Shown: positions 10,196-23,077 of the stretch, in pieces
How the letters are laid out: each line of letters begins with the position of its first letter
Numbering within the stretch: position 1 is the first letter of the stretch
Source of the DNA: Lama guanicoe
Taxonomy: Eukaryota
DNA length: 33,373 nt
Reading direction: 5' to 3'
Assembly (NCBI GenBank): GCA_013239625.1
Contig: MU054220.1
Coordinates: forward strand, 9,087,367 to 9,120,739
Translations under genes and position numbers: made by a program
Notes under the pieces: model-generated
What the model was told of the DNA's origin: nothing
The model's input: the letters and a program-made list of their open reading frames with translations, nothing else
Database searches by the model: none

Positions 10196-10525
10196 GATGT
10201 CCATTTTCTCCAAGTTGATCTCTCAGTGCAGTTCTAATAAAACTCAAATAGATTTCTGATGAAAATGACAAGTTGATTTTTAAAATGTTATAAAAATGCA
10301 TAGGATCTAAAATAGCCTTTATTCTTTGGGAAGAAAAAAATTGGAGAACTTATACTACTAGATTTCAAGTTTTACTTTATAAGCTGCAGTAATCGAGATG
10401 GGGGATGTTAGTGTAAGGTTCAACACGTGGTCAGTCAAATGGAATTGAGAGACTAGAAATAGAACCAAACACAGAGTCAGCTGGTTTTGGACCAAAGCAA
10501 TTCAGAGGAAAACGACATTGCAACA
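10196..10525 (+). mobile_element. Old L1 ORF2 fragment
   Basis: 'atgtccattttctccaagttgatct...gacaagttgatttttaaaatg...ttggagaacttatactactagatttcaag...aagctgcagtaatc...gaaatagaacca' is typical of the post-RT part of L1M ORF2. Confidence 0.85.
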
Positions 10526-10863
10526 GAGAATCTGGACCTATACAGTCTAGATTCATGGAAACATGAAGTACAGATTCCCCAAGCAGATTGCTGGGAGTGA
10601 TGACAAGTGAGGCTTCTAGTACTTCTACACCTTGGTTACTGAACCCAGCTATTCTACTTGTTTGGGAAACAAAATTGTACAAGGCCTTTGGATTAAGGTT
10701 TATACTGCATCCTGGTTATCAGATAGAGCACCATTCTTGTAGTGTAAGATCCCAAAGTGGTAATCTCTTCTTTGCCTTCAGAAGGCCATTCCATCACTCT
10801 CCATCAGTGTGGATCTATACTTCTGTAGAGTACCGTGAGTGATAAGACCAGTGAATCTCATGG

Positions 10864-11097
10864 CCTTGTACTTTACTTTATGCAGTTTGCTTTTATTTTT
10901 AGAAAAGGAGGTGCCTGTGTTACTTATCTTAATCAAAATTTTGTGAATTTCACTGGTCTACCTCACATTTTGTTCATGATTCTAAATTGTCTTAAGTTGT
11001 GTTTAAAATATTTGACTACAGTTCTTGTCCTTTTATTTAATTTGGTAAATGTGTTGAAATTCTCTCCCCTCCACCAAAAAAAAAAAAAAAAAGTAGA
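10864..11097 (+). other. Unassigned ~234-bp T-rich insertion ending in A17
   Basis: Splits the ERVL integrase codons (AHD|HEIHW); 3'UTR-like composition; A17 at 11076-11092; no TSD. Confidence 0.7.
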
Positions 11098-11130
11098 GTC
11101 ATGTGCCCGCTGCCTGACCATACTGGTTCT

Positions 11131-11652
11131 TATGAAGGTCAGTCGCCAGGATGGTACCCATTGATTTTTATTTCTATATATTCACCTTGTTCTGGAGTCT
11201 TCTCACACTGGATAGAGCTAATCTGTGTAACCAGTAGGATATTGTGGAGATGATACTATGTGATTTCCAGAGATATTCCACATAACATGCTCCTTCCGCC
11301 TTGCTCCCTAATAGATCATTTGCTCAGGGGGAAGCACTTGTCAGCTTTTAAAGAAGCTCAACACCCTCATACAGGGTTCACATCATGAGGAATTGGGAGC
11401 CCTCCAAAGAACCAGCACTTACTTGCGAGGTACATGAGTGAGACACCTTGGAAATAGATCTCCACGTGCAATTAATCCTTCAGATGACTAAAGCCTCAGC
11501 TGGTATGATGAGTACAACTTTATCTGGCATAACCATCTAGCTAAGAAACTTCTAGACTCCTGACCCAAAGAAACTGCGTAATAAATACATGTTTATTGTT
11601 TTAAGCCACTAAATTTGGGGACATTTTTATGCAGCAGTAGGTAACTAATGTA
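11131..11652 (+). mobile_element. MLT1F-like MaLR solo LTR
   Basis: 'tgtgtaaccagtaggatattgtggagatga', 'catgagtgag..ccttggaa', 'ccttcagatgact', and end 'ctcctgacccaaagaaactg..AATAAA..tgttttaagccactaaatttgggg..gcagcagtaggtaactaat'. Confidence 0.88.
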
Positions 11653-12519
11653 ACTATAAAGTGAATCCCTTAGTGTAATGCAGTTTTATATGTAATCCAG
11701 TGTATGAACCAAACACTGTAAATCCTCAGAAAATGGTGCTGGGTAAAAAACTCTGTCAGGAGGAAAGAAAAACTCAACCTCAGAATTTGTGTTAAATTCC
11801 AGTCGAGATGAATCACTGTCCTTTCTGCAGCAATGAAATGATCATCCCGTAAAGGATGGTTCCATACTGGGAAACCAGTGTAAGTTTCTGTTGATGGCAG
11901 TTGGACATATGGCAGCAGCAATAGCCAACTCAGTCTTGGAGCCCATGCTATTGGCTATGTATCCAGTCCTGCCATCATGGCTTCTCCATCCATCTGCCCA
12001 GTATCTCAACACTGAGGTGACCAATGAAGAATCTAGTTAATGTCAACTGGCCAGGTCATTTTGTTTGTAAATCTGGCCCTTACACTGTAGGCAGGTGAAA
12101 GGTGTCCCTTTATTTTGGAGGAGATATCCTAGAATGCCCCATACCACTGGGCATTTAGAAAAAGTCACTGATGTGGTAAGCCCCTGAATCTTCATAGAGT
12201 TTATCTCTAATGGCTATACATGTCCAAGACTCCAGCACACTTGCCACTTTTTGCTCAATCTGATTGACTTGATATATTTATATAGTGGACTAATGTGATG
12301 CTTATGGAAATATCCAGGCAGGCCAGATACCTTTGGACTATATTTTGGCTCATGTTAAGGCCCATACATGGTCCACCCTAGTGTACACTACACATACATT
12401 TGAAAGGAGCATACATTTTACAATTAGGCTTAATATTTTATAAATAAATTATTACCAAGTTATATAATTGCATGTTCAGTTCTTTTATATCACTATATAT
12501 CACTTCACTGCATTTTTTA

Positions 12520-14880
12520 TATCTATGTATCACTGTCATATACTGTTGTCTAGGTTGTCTATTCACTACTGAAAATAAGGTGTTAAAATCTCCAGCTATG
12601 AATGTGCACTTGTCTATTTTTCTGTCTAGTTCTTTGTTTCCTTAATGTGGCTTGTAGTTGTGCTATTAGAGTCATAGACATTTAGGATTTATATATATTC
12701 TTGAAGAATTAACTATTGTAGATTGTGAGTGGTTCCTATTTATCTTTTTTATATTTTTAAGACAACTTTGTCTGATGTTAATATAACATTTCTGAGGCCT
12801 TCTATGTAGTTTTATCCTTTTGCATTCAGTCAAGTCATATCTTTGTATTTCAGTGCTAATTCTTGAGATCACAAAATAGTTGGATCTTGCTTTTTTATCC
12901 AGTCTGGCCATCTCTGCCTTTTAATTAGAATGCTTAGTGCATTTATATTTAATACCATTATTTATATAGTTTGGTTTAATTCAGCTATTTGCAATGTGTT
13001 CTGTAGTGAAACTATCTGGTTTTGGCTTTCTCTTTCTTTTCTGACTTTCCTTGGGTTCATCAGTATGTTTTATTATTCTCTCTTCTTTATGGACTTTTTA
13101 GCTGTATTTCTTTATATTGTAATTTTGTTAGTTTTCCTGGGGGTCATGATACACATCTTAATTTTTGCCAAGTTTTCCTAGATTTAATATTGTAAAATTG
13201 CAAGTGAAGTGTTAAAACAGTAATGAAATTCCATTTTCCCCATCCTTAGTTCTATTGTTTTCCTGTATTTTATATCTGCTTCTGAAATAAATCTGGCAAT
13301 ATAATGTTGTACTTTTTACTTCAGTCATTTGTCTTTAGAAAAATTAAAATAAAAATTATTTTATATTTATCCACATATTTACCATTTCCTGTGTTTTTCA
13401 TTCCTTCTGGAAGATCTAAGTTTCTATCTACTATAATTTCTCTCATCTCAAAACGTCTTCCTTTCCTGAAAGGCAGGTGTGCTAGTGACAATTTTTCTCA
13501 GCTGTTATTTTTCTTAATTGTCTTTATTTCTCTATTTTAAGGAATAATTTCATTGCTTATAGAATTTTAGGTTGACCGTTCAGCACTGCTTTATATGCAG
13601 CACTTTAAAGATGTTGGTCCATTGTCTTCTGCGTCCCTTGTTTCCAGTGAGAAGTCAGCAATCCTTCATAATATTGTTTTTCTATAACTAGTGTTTCTTT
13701 TTCTCTGCTTGATTTTAAGATTTTCTCTTTATTTTCACTTTTCAGCATACTTAGGTATGGTGTGCTAGGTCATCATTTTCTTTATATTTATCCTTATTTG
13801 TAGTGGAAATCAGCACGTCTTGGTATATAAATTGATGTTTCTTATGAATTTAGGAAAGTTTCAACAATTATATTTTTAAATATTTTCATTTACCATTCCC
13901 TCTCTGATCTACTTCTGAGATTTAAATTACACAAGGTTACATTGTTTGAGATTAACTACAGGTCACTGATGTTTGTTCATTTTTCCAACCTTTTCCCTAG
14001 TATTCTTCAGATTGAATATTTTCTATTGAATGTGTCTCCAGTTTAATGTCCTTTTCTTTTCCTGACTGGTTCTAATAAGTTCATCCTATAATTTGTTTCA
14101 GGTACTGTATTTTTTCAGTTCTAGAATTTCTATTTGGTTCTTTATATAGCTTCTATTACTATTCTGAGATTTACCATCTGTTTGCTCTTTGTCAACAATT
14201 ACTTTTTTCCTTTAAGTTTTAAAATACATTATTAGTAATAACTGCTTTAAAGTCTTTGTATGCTAACTCCAACATTTGTGTTTATTACCTTTTTAAAATA
14301 TGGTCAGTGAGTCACATTTTCATAATTTGTAGGTTATTAACTGTTATTTTAAAATGTAAACTGCACATTGTGTCATATATTGAAGGGAGCCTAAGATGCC
14401 ACCTGCTAAGAAGTATTTTGACTCTTTTGGAGAATTGCTGACAGGTTTTTTGGTCCTTTCAGGCTTAGTCATATTCTTTGCTAGGCAGGTCTGTTGCCTT
14501 TCAGAACTTGGCCTTAGAGCAGTTCCTTCCTGTAGTAAGGCATCCTCACCACTGCAGTGTGACCTGTCTAGGGCATAACATTGTGCTCAGTGTGGTCTTG
14601 CCATTCGGATTAGATTGGAACGCCAGTGTCTCTCAGAACTACGCAACCTACAGACCCAGCACTGCACAACCGCTGGTATCATTCAATTCAGCTCAGCCTC
14701 ACTGCAGAGGATCTCCTCTCACCCCGTGCACATGCACGGCTCTCTCTTTGTCATTGTATGCCCTGCAAATTCTAGTTGCGTAAGCAGTCCAAAAACTCTC
14801 ATTTTTGTATCCTCAACTTGGATAACATGGTTGCTTAACCTTCACCTCACTGTTCCATGGTAGGAAAATGTTATTCGTTG
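12520..14880 (-). mobile_element. Old L1 (L1M-type) 5' portion: 5' region, ORF1, inter-ORF and start of the ORF2 endonuclease
   Basis: EN-like segment 12540-12950 (tgttaaaatctccagctat = reverse of IAGDFN; ttggatcttgctttttttatccagtctg = DWIKKQDP-like); ORF1-like 'tatagaattttaggttgac..cagcactttaaagatgttggtccattgtcttct..tgagaagtcagc'. Confidence 0.85.
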
Positions 14881-15159
14881 ATCCCCCACTTTTAAGGAAT
14901 TAAAATATGCTTCCAGGCTTATTTTAAATGCTACTCAACGTTTCCACATCTCTGCTACCAAGAATCACCAACAGTTCTCCAGACATTCCCTTTGTACAGA
15001 TCTCAGTAACCTTTAGTTAGTACTTAGCCTTGAGGACAAATGTCTTCTTGCTTAGTATTCCTTGTTTAGAGCAAGTTCTTTAACGGCAGATGTATTTGTG
15101 ATGGTGAAAGGGGGTGAGCGTGGGATTCAGTTTTAGGAGCTCATAAGATTTATTATTAG

Positions 15160-15345
15160 AAATGGCTCTGCCATTTCCTAATTCTAACTTACATAGTCTT
15201 ACAAAGTTATCTAACCGCTCAGTGTCAAATCTCAAATTTGTAAAAGGTATATGACCAGCTACATCTATATATCAAGTTGTCATGAGGATACAGTGAGATA
15301 CACAAGTGAATTTAACTAATAAAGAGTCCATTAAAGTATTGTAAG
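15160..15345 (+). mobile_element. MIR SINE
   Basis: 'ggctctgccattt..aaagttatctaaccgctcagtgtc..tttgtaaaagg..gttgtcatgaggat..tgagata'. Confidence 0.65.
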
Positions 15346-17210
15346 TGGGTCAACATCCCTTTCATAATCATAATCATTCTAATACCTCATAAGGTAATGT
15401 TTTTTTAAAAAATGGTGGTGATAAAATGTCTCTCCTTGTAATATTTAAGTGCACACAAAATTCATGACATTGAAGGGTAATGTTTACTGCTAAAATAAAT
15501 TCTGTTTTGCTTTTTACATTTAAAAATTTGAACCTCAAAGAATATAGAACACCAAAATGTTGAATAACTGGATGTCCTTGAATGAATGAAGGATCAGATA
15601 TATCAACTAACAACAGGCTCCATTTCTTTAGTGCTGCTCACATCCAAGAGCAAGAAACAGTAGTAAATGACATTTTTTGGAATCTTTGTCATGAAATTGT
15701 CTTTGCTAATATACCCCCTTTCTACGCAACCTTCTATGCATAGTAAAACTACCCTGTGGTGTGCTTGTAACATCTGGTGGTGCACAGCAATGTAATTCTA
15801 GTGAAATGACAAACTTTGCACCAGCCAGGATGAGAGGTAAGGGAGTGAAACTTGGTGTCACCAGCAAATTTAGTTATTTTTAATGTACTAGAGAACAAGG
15901 GTACTTCTTCAGTGCCTTTGCAGAGGGCTTTTTAGATGATTTGCTTCACACAGTGTTTTACACTTTAAAAGTTCATGCATTTTACTTTCAATAGTAAATT
16001 ACTATTGAAACTATTGAACTTTTGCATCTCTTATATGACTGTATTTATATAAGAATTTTCCTCATGACAGCATAACAGAACATAGCTCCACTGGAGAAGA
16101 AAACTGGACACAATTGAATAAAAAACATTTTATAAAAGCAAATAAGGATGTCTAACAGGTTTAGTAAACACACTGAACTTGGTAGGATACAGTCAGAAAA
16201 TAATTTTGTTTTTCTGCCACCAGGGCCTCCAGATATAGTCTATGAGATCTCCGTTCCCTCTGCCTGGGTGTCTTTGACAGATAAATTGCTTTTCTGATAA
16301 CTTCTAGGTTTTAGAAGAGTGTCATTTTCAGGATTAAAACGTCTAGTATAATCTGAGTCAAAACTCACCTCTCACACAATTCAGGCATTTTCTTTGTACC
16401 CCAGTTCAGGATTGACCAAATGTTTGGGAACAAACAAGGGGAAAAGGGTTTTTGGTGTGGATCCTCTGCACCCAACAAACTTGGTGAGGTAAGGGAGAGG
16501 CAAGAAAGGGAAGGGAAGAAAACTAGCCAAGTATTTTTATTAGTTCACACTGGTTATAGTCCCCAGGTGATTGCTGAGTCAGAGACCCAAATGTAGGCTT
16601 TTTTACAGATGCATATTGGAAGAATTTTGGAGACCGTTCACAGGAGCCCTCACTCTGCACCGTTCTGACATGGTGATGCACTATATGGGTGACCTCATTT
16701 GAACTCCTCCATCTCTTCCCGCACGTTACTCTCACATCAACACCCGGAATCCTTTCAATATGACAGTGCATCCACTGAGCCTGCAGGAGAATCTCTCTCT
16801 TCCTGTCTCATCCTGTCTCTCTGAGTGTTTTCCATGTGCCCCTAATCACTTGGCTTGAGGCAAGGAAAAGCACAGCCCTTCACTAATTGGAAGGGGAGGG
16901 AAGTGAACAAAAAACCTGTCGTTGACGTTTGCTCTTCAAGGAAGTCTCTTTGGAATACTCTTCTATTTTATGCATATATGTAGAAGATGCTTATTTTCTG
17001 CAAGGTGAATTTGGTCTCCTCTTTAATTAGCCCAACAGAGATGTGTCTAGCCACTCTTGTTAAAATGTAGGAAGGTTCTGCATAGTTTACACAATTTGGA
17101 GGGGTGGTAGTCAAACCCCAGGACAACTAGAAAGTCCCACCTCTCATTCTATTACACATATTTATGCAAATTACTATTTTGTTTCTAGTTTCTTTCTAGT
17201 TGACTAGAAT

Positions 17211-17385
17211 CAGAGACAGATTTACCATGAAGTTAATGCTGCTTAAGTTTCAGGTCTCTTTACTTGCATGTGCCCCTTCCAAGGCTGTATACGTAATGGT
17301 GAATTTGTATATTTTTGTTCTTTTTCTTAGAGATGGCCCTCAAATTATATAAAATTGAAGTTCCAAGGTCTTGGTTTTGTCTAAA
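17211..17385. mobile_element. MER53-like hAT MITE
   Basis: 'cagagacagatttaccatgaagttaatg..gcttaagtttcagg..acttgcatgtgccccttccaaggc..ttctttttcttagagatggccctcaaattatataa' matches a recalled ~190-bp hAT element; family name from memory. Confidence 0.7.
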
Positions 17386-18944
17386 GGGATATACTTGCAA
17401 CGTGTTTAGAGCAAAAGGAAATATGATTTAATGTGCTCAACTGTTGATACCAGTCTTTGTCTTTCTCTTGCCAGCTCCCTCCTCCAAACTTCTACCCATA
17501 TGTGCACATTTAACACAACCTAGACTCTAGAGCATGATTTAATGTAGTGATCAGTTGTGAGAGTTGATTTGAATACACAATAATTTACTCTGGTACAGAT
17601 TTACGTAGATGCACCAACATGTTAAGATCTCAGCAACTTGAGAGGTTGGGTATGGCATCCCCAACAGGAAACCAGTGCCATGAAATAATTCAATGCAGAA
17701 ATAAACTTAATATGGAGGTTTTGAAGGAGAGGTTTGCAGGGCAGGTATTTGACTGACACATCTAATATTTATAACAGTAAAGTTGTTTACTAAATTAGGT
17801 GACGCACAGGAGAACCACTGAGAGATGGATCACAGTAGGACAGAATGAGGAGATACCGGTATTACTTCACTGAGGAAATTACAAATGTGGTCACACTGTT
17901 GCTGTCTGACCCTCAGCCAGACTTGCAGGCTCCTGCATTCCTCCACATCCTCCAACTCTGTGGGTCAGTTACAGCAAAGAAGTTTAACTCTGCCATCAAC
18001 ACTTGGTAGGGACTGCCTGGGCACGTGTTAAGATGGCATCTTTTTCTGTTCCAGCTACCTGTGGATTCAATCTAAAAGCATTTCGTGATCAATTAGTGAT
18101 GCAGCCATAGGTACTGCAGTGAAAAGTGATGACGTTGATGCTACGTATCTGCCATTCATGTACAAGGATAAGCAGATGTGCTCCCTGGTAACTGTTCTCA
18201 TCATCACGTTACCCTACATTCATGCACCAAAATACACCCTCCAGTCTATCCTGGAATTCTTATGATTACCTTTTGTACAATATTCAAAGAAATATAGAAT
18301 TTCCTACATTTTGTATATTCATTTTAAAACATGTGCAACACTCAGCAGCACATCATAGCAAGCAATGATTGGAAAAACCAAATAGGGTGTTTTCTTTCCC
18401 CATTTCCACTTCCTCTTCCTCAGTGTATGAAATGTAATAACATGTATTATTTATCAACAGCAGTGCAGTGCTGCCGTGCAAATGTCACTCAACCAGATTG
18501 CCATACACGTGTGGCTGGACATCAAAATGTTTTTATGTGGCGTGTGATTATCTAACATTATGGAAATGTGAGTATCAAGAGTTAAGGCAAGTAAGAAACC
18601 TTTCATCCAGTAGTGGAAAGGGAGGAGAATTTTTCTCCATAGCAGATGTGTTGAAAAAGCCCAGGTGAGAAGAAAAGGCTTCTTGGAGCTGCCACACCAG
18701 TGTTGACAGACACCTTGGCAATCCAAGTTGGCAGACATGGATTAGAGCCAAGCTCCACAGACGCCACTCTCTTATTCTGACATCAGCCATGCACACTGCA
18801 TAGCTGCTTCATGGTGTCAAGTCAGGGACATGATAGACTCCTGAGATCAGAGAGAGATCAGTGTTTTCCCTCCTCCAGTTAATGAGATTTTCTTTGCCTT
18901 TATTTAATATTTGAGCGTCTAAGGCCCTGAGAGGGATGAAGGAA

Positions 18945-19180
18945 AGTAATGTATTTAAGACCTGCTATGTTTCAGGCAGTGGGCTCAATGCTTTATACAT
19001 ATTAATCCATGTAATCATGTGTCTACTCTGAATGCATGTGTATATATACTGAAATCCACATTTTATAGGTGCAGAAACTGCAGATGAGAAAACTGAGGTC
19101 ATTTGAGTAAGGTTACCCAACATTTGAACCTAGAGCTATCTCACTTCAATTTTTTTTTCCTACTACATTACTCCATCTCA
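18945..19180 (-). mobile_element. MIR SINE
   Basis: 'acctgctatgtttcaggcagtg..tgctttatacatatt..cattttatagg..cagatgagaaaactgaggtc..atttgaacctag'. Confidence 0.75.
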
Positions 19181-19844
19181 TGATAAAAAACTCCATTTTT
19201 CCCAATTACTTGCTATACTTTGTTTTATCTGTACCTCCTTAGATATCTACTTCCCACCACCTCGTAGAAGGTGAGATCATTTTTCTTACCATGTTTTGGA
19301 AATGTGACCACTTTCAAAAGGAAGATAAATTAAGTCATTTTCTATCATTTGACTATATTTCACATTCAATATTTTACAAAGAGTAGTCCCCTCCTCTTGC
19401 TTTTAAGGTAATTAGAAATAATGGTATTTAGAGATTAGTTGAACTGTCTGCTCACCTGAGGCTTTGTTCTTTGTGTTCCAGAAAGGCAGTAGAGCATCAG
19501 GGCAGGGGTCGTTCTCTGTGATTATCTGAGGAATACCAGCCCGAGAGAGCCCACTTACTCTTGCAGAATTTAACATCAGTGACAGCTCTTAATGTACTAG
19601 GCATCAACTTCTACTCAAAGATCTTCGTCTGCTTGCCGCTTTCCATTTCCAAGGGCTGACCTACATGCATTCTCTTAGTTCTTTATCCTTTCAAACCCTC
19701 CCCGTCTTCACTCCCGTACTCCTGCTTAGTGACTCACTATGTCAAGAGAGGTCACCATTCTGTAGGCTACAGAATGGCACTCTATATATATCTAACTTCA
19801 TCTGCAGTGGAGTTTGCAAATACATTGCTTTAATAAAAATATCC

Positions 19845-20097
19845 TTTATCTATTGAGTACTTGCTATGTGCTTGTCATTATTTTAAGTGCCCTGCATCAA
19901 TGGAATCAGTTAATCCTCAAAACAACACTACAATGGAGGTTTTAAGATTAGCTATATTTCACAGAATCAAGGTTTCATAACTTGCAAGGTTACACAGTTT
20001 GCTCATGCTCTCATGTTTTATTAAGTAGCAGGGCTACGATTTGAATCCAGTCATTCTGGCTGCAAGCCCTGGACGCTTAATCATTACATCACACAGC
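19845..20097 (-). mobile_element. MIR SINE, near full length
   Basis: 'tattgagtacttgctatgtgc..ttaatcctcaaaacaac..taacttgcaaggttacacag..gatttgaatccag..ctggctgcaagcc..cttaatcattac'. Confidence 0.8.
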
Positions 20098-20477
20098 ATG
20101 CGTTGAATAGCAAGTACTTTATCTGAATTATCAAGTAAGCCATTGATATCTGTGACGTAAGAACAATGCCTAGTTGTGTTTCTTCAGTATTGTACGGATT
20201 AAAAACTGAGCCCCACATTCTTTATTTAAATTCAGTTATTGAGTAGTAGAATGAAGATTTAGGCTAGACTCTGTTATTTCTGATCTCCTGTTCTCGCCTG
20301 ATCATGTTAACACCCTAGCAGTGTGTGTTATGCATTATATTTAAACTCCAGAGAATAAGCAATATGTTCTCACAGGAAAATGTTCATTACTATTACATGG
20401 TAGTAAATATTTTGAATTAACCTATAATTCCAGAGTGCTAAACAGCTTATTTTAAAGATACATCTTCTGAATTAAAT

Positions 20478-20507
20478 ACACACACAACAACAACAACAAC
20501 AACAACA
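20478..20507. repeat. (CA)n(CAA)n microsatellite
   Basis: acacacacaacaacaacaacaacaacaaca. Confidence 0.9.
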
Positions 20508-20942
20508 TGAAAACAAAAACTAGGTAGTGTTTTGTAATTATTTATCTTTTGAAATTAAACAAAAAAGTAAAGGACTTTTAAGTTCCCAAAATGCTTAATT
20601 ACGTCTTCAGATTTTCATACTGTCACAGGAAAACAGGCAAAACAAAACTTTGCTGTATGTTTGTTGGGAACAACATGGAGACCAGGATTTTTTATTCTAA
20701 ATTTCTAAACTGTCTTTATATACTTGTTAAATGGTTTTATTTATATTTTTAGACTTTTTCTTTATTATTTATTGTCTAATATACTTATTATACCATTCCT
20801 ACATACAGTAAGCTTTACCTGCTCTGTTACCCAGATGACCTTGAATTAAAGATTTTAGCACATCATTGTTTATTTGGTACAATCATTTTTTTTGTGTATA
20901 GTAAGGTGATGATGAAAATGGGATATGGTGTCACAAAGACTT

Positions 20943-21510
20943 TAATTTGAAAAGATACATGCACCCCAGTGTTCATAGTAGCACTGTTTACAATAGCCAA
21001 GACATGGGAGCACCTAATTGTCCATCAACAGATGACTGGATAAAGTTGTGGTATATTTATATAATAGAATACTACTCAGCCATAAAAAATAATGCCATGT
21101 GCAGCAACACGGATGGGCCTAGATATTGCCATTCTAAGTGAAACAAGCCAGAAGGAGAGAGAGAAATACCATATGATATCATTTATATGTGGAATCTAAA
21201 AGAAGACGAATGTATTTACAAAACAGAAACAGACCCACATAGAAAACAAACTTATGGTTACCAGGGCATTGGTGGGGGAAGAGGGCGGGAACAGAGAAAT
21301 TAAGAATTTGAGATTTGCAGGTGCTAACTACTATATGTAAAATAGATGAACAAGTTTCTACTGTATGGCACAGGGAACTATATTCAATATCTTGTAGTAA
21401 CTTGTAATGAAAAAGTCTGAAAATGAATGTATGTATATGTATGACTGAACTATTATGCTGTGCACTGTAAATTGATGCAACACTGTAGACTGACTATACT
21501 TCAATTAAAA
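20943..21510 (+). mobile_element. 5'-truncated L1 (ORF2 C-terminus and 3' UTR)
   Basis: 'aaagatacatgcaccccagtgttcatagtagcactgtttacaatagccaagacatgg..gaatactactcagccataaaaa'; 3' end 'ctgactatacttcaattaaaa'; candidate TSD aaagactt (20935-20942, 21511-21518). Confidence 0.93.
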
Positions 21511-21686
21511 AAAGACTTATGTTTCTGTCATATGTAAAAATTTAATCTTCATCAAGGTCGATGTTCTCAATCCCAATTTCTTTGCCATTAAAATGTAGAT
21601 AGTATTGCCTGTATTTTTAACCTGTATTTTGTTTTAGGGTTAAATGAAGTGCTTAATAGGCATCAGTTTCTTCCTCTTCCTATCTC

Positions 21687-21935
21687 GGTATCTTAGTCAA
21701 GGTTATTTTGTGTCAAAGTACAGAAACTCATTAAAATTAGTTTAAGCATAAAATGAAAGTTATTGAAAAGACATTTTCAACTCAGATAGTTTAAGTTAAA
21801 GACAATCAGCTAGGTCTCCAGAAAGGTGGAAAGAGCAAACAGCAAGCTCTTAGGAACCTAAGCAGTTTTTTTAAAATAGTCTCTTTCTACTGCCAAGTGG
21901 GTTCTCAGCCTGCTTCTGGCTACTTCATTTTTCTT
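21687..21935 (-). mobile_element. Old MLT1 (K/L-like) MaLR LTR, left part, interrupted by L1
   Basis: 'gtatcttagtcaagg..aagtacagaaactcattaaaattagtttaagcataaaatgaaagttattgaaa' is the reverse MLT1 3' end; continues at 27540. Confidence 0.65.
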
Positions 21936-23077
21936 ACTCAAGTGTAGTTGATTTACAGTATTGTTTTAGTTTCACGTATATAGCAAAGTGATTCCGTTAT
22001 ACACACATACACACACATATATATATACACACATACATATATTTCAGATTATTTTCCATTATAGGTTATTACAAGATACTGAATATTGTTCCCTATGTTA
22101 CACAGTAAATCCTTGTTGCTTATCTATTTTATATATAATAATGTGTACCTGTTAATCCCATACTCCTAATTTATCTCTTCTCTCCTCTCTTTTCCCTTTG
22201 GTAACCACAAGTTTGTTTTCTGGTATGTGAGTCTGTTTGCATTTTATAAATAGATTCCATTGTATTATTTTTAGATTCCATATATACGTGATATCATATA
22301 ATATTTGTCTTTCTCTGTCTGACTTACTGCAGTTAGTATGGTATTCTCTAGGTCCATCCATGTTTCAAATGCCAGCATTTCGTTCTTTTTTATGGCAGAG
22401 TAATCTATCATGTATTTATACCCCATCTATTGTACACCATTAATACCATTGATTGGCACTTGTGTTGCTTCCATGTCTTGGCTATTGTAAATAGTGCTGC
22501 TATAATACTGGGGTGCATCTGTCTTTTCAATTTAGAGTTTTTGTCCTTACCAGATGTATGCCCAGGAATAGGATTGCTGGATCATATGATAGCTTTACTT
22601 CTAGATTTTTAAGGAACCTTCATACTGTTTCCATTGTGTTTGCACCAGTTTACTTGTAGGGGAGTTCCCCTTTCTCCACACTCTCTCTAGGATTTATTAT
22701 TTGTAGATTTTTTTTGATAATAGCCATTTTGACCAGTATAAGGTGATACCTCATTACAGTTTAGATTTGCATTTCTCTAATAATTAGCTATGTTGAGCAT
22801 CCTTCCATGTGTCTGTTGGCCATCTGTATATATTCTTTGGAAAAATGTCTCTTTGGGTCTTCTGCCCATTTTTTGACTGGGTTCTTTGGTTTTTTGATAT
22901 TGAGTTGCATGAGCTGTTTGTGTATTTTGGAGATTAACCCCTTGTCAGTCAAGTCATTTGCAAATATTTTCTCCCATTTTGTAGGTTGTATTTTCATTTT
23001 GTTGATGATTTTCCTTTGCTATGAAAATCTTTCAAGTTTTATTAGGTCTCATTTGTTTATTTTTCCTTTTCTTTTGC

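Larger units (their letters stand above)
10526..12358 (-). pseudogene. pol: ERVL internal (pol) fossil: RT, integrase and IN C-terminal linker, interrupted by two insertions
   Basis: Minus strand: QNIVQRYL..ITLVHYIN and EINSMKIQGLTTSVTF..WYGAF*DISSKIRD (RT, 12070-12350); WA..SHDGR..TELAIAAAICP (IN zinc finger, ORF 11842-12024); GIHFI; VRQRAHD; HEIHWSYH; WNGLLK; SRIAGFSNQGVEVLEASLVITPSNLL (ORF 10431-10682), collinear with HERV-L Pol. Confidence 0.9.

Noticed and set aside
10835..11164. 109-aa plus-strand ORF with a poly-Lys run
   Set aside because: Chance read-through across ERVL antisense, the insert and its poly(A)
16523..16771. 82-aa minus-strand ORF as a coding exon
   Set aside because: No recognisable protein, and a purine-rich sequence where the pyrimidine tract should be
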